In this document: positions 50,661 through 56,685 of the stretch, in pieces
Layout of the letters: each line of letters opens with the position of its first letter
Position numbering within the stretch: the first letter of the stretch is position 1
Source: Bdellovibrionota bacterium
GTDB lineage: Bacteria; Bdellovibrionota_C; UBA2361; OMII01
NCBI GenBank assembly: GCA_040402735.1
Contig: JBBALZ010000001.1
Location: 1-56,685, forward strand
DNA: 56,685 nucleotides
Direction of reading: 5' to 3'
Program-made: the position numbers and the translations under genes
Notes under the pieces: model-generated
The model's input: the letters and a program-made list of their open reading frames with translations, nothing else
The model's database searches: none
What the model was told of the DNA's origin: nothing

Positions 50661-51773
50661 TTACACCACGTGCAAACTCCCCACTCGGCGCGGCGTATCT
50701 CCGATCAGCAGATCATCAAAAGCCTTAATTACCATATTACTCGACACTCCATCCATGCAGGCGTTGGTGCCTGTTGGACATTTACGCGACCCGTGTCGTC
50801 TACATGGCTTGCAGAAGAGATCTGTCTTCTCTACAACGATGGCTCGATTCCTCCACGGCCCAAATCCAAACTGCGGCGAAGTTGCACAGAATACCGCAAC
50901 TGTAGGTACCTTGGTAGCCGCAGCCAGATGCAACGCTAAACTGTCGTTACATACAACCGCCTTAGCCTTGCTGACGAGGTAGATTAGCTCATACAGTGAC
51001 GTCTGCGCGCACATGCTTGTAATTGCAGATGGTGATAGTTGCGCTCCCTGGCACACCACTGCACACGCCGTCGAATCACTGGGCGAGCCCACTACCAGCA
51101 CTCTATATCCTCTAATCAAAAGCCCTTCTGCTACTTCTCTAAAGCCACTCGGTCTCCAACGCTTTGTTTCCCACGCACTACCGGGAGATATGATTACAAA
51201 TGGTTTTGCGTGTGCCAGATATTCACGTACCGGCTCAGAAAGATCCTCCTCAGATACGAGCGGCACACGGAGCGAAAAACGATCAGAAAGAGGAGTTGGC
51301 CCACTCTTTTTAAGCGCTTCAACATCCTCCTGCACCTCTGGGCTTAGGTCAGCATGCACCAACTCAAGATTGCGTAAAACCTCATGAAACCGCGGAGTCT
51401 TCCGCACCCTTCTAGTCGACAGCACTGACAGTACGGCATCTCCGTACCCGATACGTTCTGGAATCCGCGCTAGATATAACATAAGGCTCGTGCGCGGCGA
51501 GCGGTGAAACGAATATGCGCGATCAAATCCGTTGGACTTCAGCACCTCAATAAACCGCCGTAACCCCTGCCAACCAGGATACTCCTTGCGTCTATCAAAA
51601 ACCAAAACCTCATTAACGAAGGGATCACGCCTCGCTAAATCAGCGGATTGCGGTGGTGCCAAGACAGTGATGTGACAACCTGGAGAGCTCTTCTTAATGG
51701 CCTCAAACACCGGCCCCGTTAGCAGCATATCGCCGAAATGGCCCTTGGGGATTATAAGAATCTTAACTGTCAC
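50661..51773 (-). CDS. Glycosyltransferase family 9 (LPS heptosyltransferase)
   Basis: 370 aa. GT9 pattern (HFGDMLLTGPV, NDSLALHLAAATKVPTVAVF). Has an extra Cys-rich C-terminal segment (CKPCRRHGSRKCPTGTNAC). Confidence 0.85.
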   Translation of the reverse strand: MTVKILIIPKGHFGDMLLTGPVFEAIKKSSPGCHITVLAPPQSADLARRDPFVNEVLVFDRRKEYPGWQGLRRFIEVLKSNGFDRAYSFHRSPRTSLMLYLARIPERIGYGDAVLSVLSTRRVRKTPRFHEVLRNLELVHADLSPEVQEDVEALKKSGPTPLSDRFSLRVPLVSEEDLSEPVREYLAHAKPFVIISPGSAWETKRWRPSGFREVAEGLLIRGYRVLVVGSPSDSTACAVVCQGAQLSPSAITSMCAQTSLYELIYLVSKAKAVVCNDSLALHLAAATKVPTVAVFCATSPQFGFGPWRNRAIVVEKTDLFCKPCRRHGSRKCPTGTNACMDGVSSNMVIKAFDDLLIGDTPRRVGSLHVV

Positions 51774-51805
51774 GAAACTCTCGCTACGCGTCTCAATACC
51801 AGGCT

Positions 51806-52888
51806 CTATGCAGCTACCTGCTCTATCACTGGCAGACGTGAACCTTTCTTGGACTCAGTCGCCAACTGACCACACGCAGCCGCGATATCAGCGCCCTTTG
51901 ACCAACGAATGAAAGCCTGAAGACCCTTTGAATTCAGGTAACGTTGCCACGTAAACACCCACTCCCGCGAAGGCGACTGAAATCCCAACCCCGCATTGTC
52001 GTTGTAAGGAATTAGGTTTACCTTGATCGGCAATCCACGCATCAACACCGCCAACCGCTCCATATCAGCCTGAGTATCGGTGATCCCACCCAGCATCACG
52101 TATTCGATGGTCACCTTCTTTCGCGGGCCAACTGGAAAAGATTTTACTGCATCGAGTAGCTCAGCGATAGGGAAGCGCAGATTTATCGGCATAATCTGCG
52201 AACGTACTTCGTCGGTAGTACCGTTGAGCGACACTGCAAGACTCACTGAGACATCACTAGCGGCGAGCTTACGAATAGCCGGAACGAGACCAACCGTCGA
52301 AACAGTTACTTTACGCGGTGACATGCCGTATCCACGACGGTCGGTTAGGTTACGCACAGCACGGGTCACCCCATCGTAGTTATGCAGAGGCTCGCCCATC
52401 CCCATAAAAACGATATTCTGGAACCCATCGCCGAATTCCTTCGCGTCTTCAATAACACCATTTACTTGACGCAGGATCTCGGAGGTAGAGAGGCTCCGCT
52501 TAAGACCCATGGTTCCGGTACGGCAGAACTTGCAGCCCATAGCACAACCCACCTGCGATGAGACACAGAGGGTCATGCGATTTGGCTGTTTAATCATCAC
52601 CGATTCAACGAGATCACCACCCTCAACCTCAAACAGGTACTTACGAGTGCCATCGACACTAATTCTTCTCTCGGCGACTCGAGCCTTTGGGAATACGAAG
52701 GTATCAGCGAGCTTAGAACGGAGATCTCGGCTGATGTTTGTCATCAGATCAAAATCCGTTACACCCTTTCGATATACCCACTCAAAGAGCTGGGTAGCGC
52801 GAAACGAGGTTTCTGCGAACTCGGTCTGCATGAGATCTACGAGCTCAGAGTAACTGTAGTTATAAAAGTCTCTGCTCGGTTCACTCAC
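51806..52888 (-). CDS. rlmN: 23S rRNA/tRNA (adenine-C2)-methyltransferase RlmN
   Basis: Radical-SAM motif CAMGCKFCRTG and the C-terminal catalytic Cys region (AACGQL). Confidence 0.92.
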   Translation of the reverse strand: MSEPSRDFYNYSYSELVDLMQTEFAETSFRATQLFEWVYRKGVTDFDLMTNISRDLRSKLADTFVFPKARVAERRISVDGTRKYLFEVEGGDLVESVMIKQPNRMTLCVSSQVGCAMGCKFCRTGTMGLKRSLSTSEILRQVNGVIEDAKEFGDGFQNIVFMGMGEPLHNYDGVTRAVRNLTDRRGYGMSPRKVTVSTVGLVPAIRKLAASDVSVSLAVSLNGTTDEVRSQIMPINLRFPIAELLDAVKSFPVGPRKKVTIEYVMLGGITDTQADMERLAVLMRGLPIKVNLIPYNDNAGLGFQSPSREWVFTWQRYLNSKGLQAFIRWSKGADIAAACGQLATESKKGSRLPVIEQVAA

Positions 52889-52916
52889 AAAAGCACCACT
52901 AATGAGGGGAAACTAA

Positions 52917-53327
52917 TTAAAGTTCCGGGAAAAAGAACTTAATCTCTGTAGCAGCATTCTCTGCACTATCAGATCCATGCACCGCATTTGCTGCGATACT
53001 TTCGGCGTACAGAGCACGAATAGTCCCTGCATCAGCTTTCTTAGGATCGGTTGCGCCCATAAGCTTGCGGTTCAGATTAACGGCATCCTCGCCCTCTAGT
53101 ACGGATACGAGCACACGACCTGAGCACATGTAATCTATGAGTTCACCATAGAAAGGACGATCCTTGTGAATGATATAGAACTGCCCTGCCTCTTGCGGTG
53201 TCAAAGTTGCCATCTTAGCAGCAACAATAGTTAACCCTGCCTCCTCAAAGTGATTGAGGATCTTACCCACGAGGTTACGCGATGTAGCGTCTGGTTTAAT
53301 GATTGATAAAGTTCTCTGCTTTGACAT
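52917..53327 (-). CDS. ndk: Nucleoside-diphosphate kinase
   Basis: 136 aa with the motifs RTLSIIKPD and NAVHGSDS (active-site His). Confidence 0.95.
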   Translation of the reverse strand: MSKQRTLSIIKPDATSRNLVGKILNHFEEAGLTIVAAKMATLTPQEAGQFYIIHKDRPFYGELIDYMCSGRVLVSVLEGEDAVNLNRKLMGATDPKKADAGTIRALYAESIAANAVHGSDSAENAATEIKFFFPEL

Positions 53328-53347
53328 AATTACACTTCTTCCTTTGA

Positions 53348-53457
53348 GCTACTTGCAAAATTAAGCTTCGAGCTAGAATTGCGCGGTTGGGTTCCCTGCA
53401 ACGCGGCGGACGAGACAAGATCGCAATTCGTAGCCGAAGAATAATTTTGCAAGCAGC
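53348..53457. repeat. Long imperfect palindrome (~32-nt arms, ~38-nt centre)
   Basis: Left arm CTTGCAAAATTAAGCTTCGAGCTAGAATTGCG, right arm CGCAATTCGTAGCCGAAGAATAATTTTGCAAG. The arms contain the GAATTGCG/CGCAATTC core shared with the R2 termini. Confidence 0.7.
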
Positions 53458-53517
53458 TCCTTTTTTATTTCGCATGAGTATAGACCGGACGAGGCGCTAA
53501 CTCAAGTTAGCTAGGCC

Positions 53518-54057
53518 TTATCGGGGCGTTGTTTTACCTAGTAAAACCAGCTTCTTAGCCAACGCCTTTTTAACCACCGGCGTTACCATCTCGGAGACAT
53601 CGCCACCTAGCATCGCTACCTGCTTAACTATCGTAGAGCTTATGTAAGAATGCTCTTCACGCGCAGTGAGAAAGAAGGTCTCGATTGAAGGATCGAGCTT
53701 TCGGTTAATAAGTGACATCTGGGCTTCGTAATCGAAATCTGAGATAGCTCTTAAGCCCCTAATCACCACCCTACTCTTCACACTACGAACAAAGTCGACC
53801 AGGAGCCCTGAAAAGCTCACCACTGATATTTGGCCCTTGGAGCGACTAAATTGGCGCTCTATCAAAGCTATACGCTCAGACTCTGAGAAGAGGCTTTTCT
53901 TTGAAGGATTATTGAGCACACCAATTACCACGCGATCAAAGATCTCAAGAGCACGCTCGATAATATCCACGTGGCCCTTGGTTAAAGGATCAAAAGAACC
54001 GGGCACAACAGCTACCTGAGTTGCGAGGGGATTTTTAGTTGGCCTTTTTAGTGACAT
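53518..54057 (-). CDS. coaD: Pantetheine-phosphate adenylyltransferase
   Basis: PGSFDPLTKGHVDIIERA (the T/HxGH motif). Start placed at the ATG at 54057, because the longer ORF (to 54117) begins inside the R2 repeat. Confidence 0.9.
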   Translation of the reverse strand: MSLKRPTKNPLATQVAVVPGSFDPLTKGHVDIIERALEIFDRVVIGVLNNPSKKSLFSESERIALIERQFSRSKGQISVVSFSGLLVDFVRSVKSRVVIRGLRAISDFDYEAQMSLINRKLDPSIETFFLTAREEHSYISSTIVKQVAMLGGDVSEMVTPVVKKALAKKLVLLGKTTPR

Positions 54058-54106
54058 ACACCGCAGAATTGTGTCTAAAAGCTTTCTATATTGCAACGCC
54101 CCTTTA

Positions 54107-54254
54107 GGGCTTCGCAATTCTCCCGCTATCTACTGGAAAGGAATGGCATTCCTGATAGGGATAAAAATGCGCGGCTAAATACCGTTAAACTCATTAAATG
54201 CACTAGGTTCCGCGCATTTTTGGCCCCATTTTAGAGAAGAGAATTGCGATGCCC
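54107..54254 (+). mobile_element. R2 element, full length (148 bp, MITE-like)
   Basis: GGGCTTCGCAATTCTC...GAGAATTGCGATGCCC. Flanked by the identical 12-mer AACGCCCCTTTA at 54095-54106 and 54256-54267. Confidence 0.85.
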
Positions 54255-54330
54255 TAACGCCCCTTTACGACAAGCAACAATTTGCGAGATAGTCTTAAGG
54301 CAAACTAGTCTCAGCGAGATCTACAGTTCC

Positions 54331-54918
54331 ATGACTATCAACGGCGAAGCACAATTTAATCCGACAAAATCCATCCGTTCGCCACTTCGTGAACAGCGCG
54401 CATCGGTGCTGTTTATGTTGTTTTTACTGATTATCTCAGGAGTTACTGCCTCTGTAGTCGGGTACCGCGTCAAATCCGCCGATCTCGATAGGAAAGCCCA
54501 GCTCTTAAGAGCCTACGAAAGCTATGGTGGAAACTTCGAAAAGGCTCACACGCTTGGGATAAGTCTAATTGCCCCAACGCGCTCGACAACTGAAAACACA
54601 TTTATCGCCGCCTATGAGATAAATTGCAGAGCTAGAGCTAACGGCCTTTACCGGGTGCTAGAGACCACACCAGCAGAAGTTATTCAGCAATCAGTGCAAA
54701 GCTTATTTACGATCGGTGCAACCGAGGCTGCTCGTAGCGCTGAGGACGCGCTACTAGCGTATCAGGCGCAGCTTATAACCAGAGACGATAAAGATAGTAT
54801 TAAACCTAACTCAGCACCTAAAGCGATTCGTTTTGCTAAACAATACGATCGCTACCTAGCCCGAGACACAGAGGTGAAGCTCTTTCGCTATCTCCGCGAG
54901 CACTTACAGGGTAGCTAA
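54331..54918 (+). CDS. Hypothetical membrane-anchored protein
   Basis: Internal ATG at 54331; the longer ORF begins inside the R2 terminal repeat. One N-terminal TM helix (VLFMLFLLIISGVTASVVGY). No family recognised. Confidence 0.5.
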   Translation: MTINGEAQFNPTKSIRSPLREQRASVLFMLFLLIISGVTASVVGYRVKSADLDRKAQLLRAYESYGGNFEKAHTLGISLIAPTRSTTENTFIAAYEINCRARANGLYRVLETTPAEVIQQSVQSLFTIGATEAARSAEDALLAYQAQLITRDDKDSIKPNSAPKAIRFAKQYDRYLARDTEVKLFRYLREHLQGS

Positions 54919-54926
54919 GATTAACG

Positions 54927-55037
54927 GCAACTACTCACCAAAAAAGGCACCCTCCGACTAGGCGGTGGCAGGAAAAAGATCCGCCAAATCAGCTCATTTA
55001 GCGATGAAATTGCAGCGATGGCCTTAACAAGTGTTAC
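54927..55037 (+). repeat. R1 element (near full length, right end decayed)
   Basis: GCAACTACTCACCAAAAAAGGCACCCTCCGACTAGGCGGTGGCAGGAAAAAGATCCGCCAAATCAGCTCATTTAGCGATGAAATTGCAGCGATG... aligns with 44936-45053. Confidence 0.8.
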
Positions 55038-55041
55038 CTGA

Positions 55042-55209
55042 CTATTTAGTCTTCTTGGTAGTTGTTGTCTTTTTATTTGAGGCAGGCGTTTGCGCTGCAA
55101 CCTTCTTAACACTCTCTACCTTAACACTCTCCACCCCTTGTGGACGAGCGTTACCGTATGAGCCTTTGAATGTCTTACCGCGACGCGTTCTTTTATCTCC
55201 TCTTCCCAT
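55042..55209 (-). CDS. 30S ribosomal protein bTHX with extended K/T-rich C-terminus
   Basis: MGRGDKRTRRGKTFKGSYGNARP closely matches the Thermus Thx sequence as I recall it ([23 protein letters not shown]). A GAGGAG RBS lies upstream of the ATG at 55209. Confidence 0.8.
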   Translation of the reverse strand: MGRGDKRTRRGKTFKGSYGNARPQGVESVKVESVKKVAAQTPASNKKTTTTKKTK

Positions 55210-55285
55210 AAACTCTCCTCGTAAAATCGGTGTACTGCTCACTCATTATTATTTTTTTGTTACTACTTCGCCAGATCTATTTGCA

Positions 55286-55330
55286 GGGCTTCGCTATTCT
55301 CTCTGCTTAAATGGGGCCAATAAAACCCGC
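55286..55330 (-). repeat. R2 right-half copy (diverged)
   Basis: GGGCTTCGCTATTCTCTCTGCTTAAATGGGGCCAATAAAACCCGC. Preceded at about 55258-55280 by a decayed R1 terminus (GTTACTACTTCGCCAGATC). Confidence 0.6.
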
Positions 55331-55370
55331 CTCACAATTGAGCTTAACCGCTCTGGTAAGCTTTATCGTC

Positions 55371-55673
55371 CTATGCTTTATCGAGCTTTGTAAGCTCATC
55401 ATGCGCATACGCTAGTAACTCTAATATCTCAAAATTAGCGGCTATTCTAAGAAACCGACGGATCCTCTCAATAAAGCCATCAAGCACCTGATACGCACTC
55501 GTATTTAAAGCCTCTGCCTGCTTAGCTGCCTGCTCCGGATTCGTAGCATGGTGGCTCTGGAGAGTTACGAGATTAGCCTGGATCCGCGCAGCCAGGGTGC
55601 CGGCTATCTGAATGAACATATCTGGATGCTGCGCGTGAAATTCAGGAAGTGACGACGTATCGAGTCGCAACAA
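55371..55673 (-). CDS. Hypothetical protein (100 aa, helical)
   Basis: ORF with a TTG start and weak RBS, 44 nt downstream of the cNMP-like ORF. No family recognised. Confidence 0.35.
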   Translation of the reverse strand: MLRLDTSSLPEFHAQHPDMFIQIAGTLAARIQANLVTLQSHHATNPEQAAKQAEALNTSAYQVLDGFIERIRRFLRIAANFEILELLAYAHDELTKLDKA

Positions 55674-55717
55674 CGCGGTACCTGCCGTTGCAATCAGATC
55701 CGCTGTCCTTTTTCCCC

Positions 55718-56056
55718 TCAGGAAAGCTGATCATTAGTGCGTTCGAGCAAGGCAGCCAAGAAGCGATTGCAATTAATTCCAAACTCATACTCCTTGGCTA
55801 AAGCAAGAACTTTGTCAAAAGACAGCTCGGTCAACGGGTCTTCAGAGCTCACCGTCAGTGTGCACAACCTACGAGGCGCAGCCTCAACTCCCCCCAGAAA
55901 AAGTTCAAGACAACCAAGTAGAAGATCCTGCCCCTCAATCTCAACATCTGGCAGATGGGCACCTGTAACCGATACCTTACCGCTCTTTAGGAGAAACGCG
56001 GTCGAGGATGGCGAACCCTCTTCAAAAAGCACTCGCTGCGATGGTTGTGGCGCCAT
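55718..56056 (-). CDS. Short cyclic-nucleotide-binding-domain-like protein
   Basis: 112 aa. VLFEEGSPSSTAFLLKSGKVSVT and GCLELFLG...RRLCTLTV resemble the beta-roll and phosphate-binding cassette region of cNMP-binding domains. N-terminally short for the fold. Confidence 0.4.
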   Translation of the reverse strand: MAPQPSQRVLFEEGSPSSTAFLLKSGKVSVTGAHLPDVEIEGQDLLLGCLELFLGGVEAAPRRLCTLTVSSEDPLTELSFDKVLALAKEYEFGINCNRFLAALLERTNDQLS

Positions 56057-56146
56057 GAAAGTCTCCTACAAGCTTGATTAAAACTCTCCGGGGAGCATAG
56101 ACTAAAACTGGCTAAACTAGGTAGCCCCGTAAAAGTTTAAGACTTT

Positions 56147-56232
56147 GGGGTAGCAAGAAAAAAGATCCGCCAAAATCAGCTCATTTAGCGACGAAATTGC
56201 AGCGACGATCTTAAAATCCGGCGAGTATTTAC
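56147..56232 (+). repeat. R1 core copy
   Basis: GGGGTAGCAAGAAAAAAGATCCGCCAAAATCAGCTCATTTAGCGACGAAATTGCAGCGACGATCTTAAAATCCGGCGAGTATTTAC. Ends 13 nt before the DUF971 start codon. Confidence 0.8.
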
Positions 56233-56244
56233 ACAGCAGTAATT

Positions 56245-56580
56245 ATGACCGACAGAAGCACCCCAAAAGAGATTAAGCGTATTGAGTCAAAGGGACTGCG
56301 GGTCACTTGGCAAGATGGCACTATCAATGAATTAACGAGCGAGACGCTGCGCAAAGGATGCCCTTGCGCAGAGTGTCGAGAGCTACGGGGAGACGAGTCA
56401 CACGCAAAGCCGCTTACTGGACGGAAACGATCGCTGAGGATTGTACAGAATACTATCGATCAAGAGCTCTCGCTTGAAGAGATCTGGGGAGTTGGTCAAT
56501 ACGCTATAGGCATACGCTGGGCCGATGGGCACAATAGCGGGATTTATACGTTCGGTTACTTAAGAGAGCTAGTGCAATAG
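56245..56580 (+). CDS. DUF971 family protein
   Basis: 111 aa. LRVTWQDG...LRKGCPCAEC...WADGHNSGIYTFGYL is the DUF971 pattern (gamma-butyrobetaine hydroxylase N-terminal-like). Confidence 0.8.
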   Translation: MTDRSTPKEIKRIESKGLRVTWQDGTINELTSETLRKGCPCAECRELRGDESHAKPLTGRKRSLRIVQNTIDQELSLEEIWGVGQYAIGIRWADGHNSGIYTFGYLRELVQ

Positions 56581-56685
56581 GGCTTCGCAACAGGGCATCG
56601 CAATTCTCTCTTCTTGAAATGGGGCCAAAATTGCGCGGAACCTACTGTATTTAATGAGTTTAACGGGATTTAGCCGCGCATTTTT
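56578..56685 (-). repeat. R2 copy in reverse orientation, truncated by the window end, preceded by an extra terminus stub
   Basis: TAGGGCTTCGCAAC + AGGGCATCGCAATTCTCTCTTCTTGAAATGGGGCCAAAATTGCGCGGAACCTACTGTATTTAATGAGTTTAACGGGATTTAGCCGCGCATTTTT aligns with the reverse complement of R2. The first TAG is the DUF971 stop codon. Confidence 0.8.

Noticed and set aside
54058-54117. A longer coaD start (54117) and a longer start for the 54244 ORF.
   Set aside because: Both extensions begin inside the R2 element or its termini. The same TTG in the terminus creates an equivalent extension at 36627. Internal ATGs give products matching family N-termini.

Overview
Chromosomal window (~50% GC) from a diderm bacterium that I cannot place taxonomically. 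It is tightly packed, and most genes are housekeeping genes on the minus strand. Contents in order: a partial NADH dehydrogenase I operon (nuoC-D-E-G-H-J-K-L-M-N; no A, B, F or I here); an APC amino-acid permease; an orphan LivJ-like binding protein; a DUF6428-arsC pair; ileS; an unusual two-domain Ddl divergent from murF; acyl-CoA dehydrogenase plus an IclR regulator; dnaG-rpoD-lipoprotein-dapA-dapB; greA, efp, gltX; ligA-folA-thyA; a patch of hypothetical genes (40.7-44.7 kb); an Rrf2 regulator; gmk and yicC; an LPS inner-core cluster (heptose kinase, two GT9 heptosyltransferases, a Kdo/WaaP-type kinase); rlmN, ndk, coaD; a bTHX ribosomal protein; and small hypothetical genes. I found no rRNA, tRNA, CRISPR array, transposase, integrase, phage or recognisable defence genes. 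The most unusual content is non-coding: at least 14 intergenic loci carry short modular palindromic repeats of two or three related families, which I name R1, R2 and R3. Two R2 copies are 148-bp MITE-like elements with terminal inverted repeats and flanking direct duplications. One R2 copy has about 315 bp of R1 modules inserted in its central loop. Second-tier oddities are the incomplete nuo gene set, the tandem Ddl fusion, a histone-like basic extension on RpoD, and a 500-bp non-coding gap upstream of ileS. All calls come from reading the ORF translations and the sequence by eye. Repeat coordinates may be off by a base or two.
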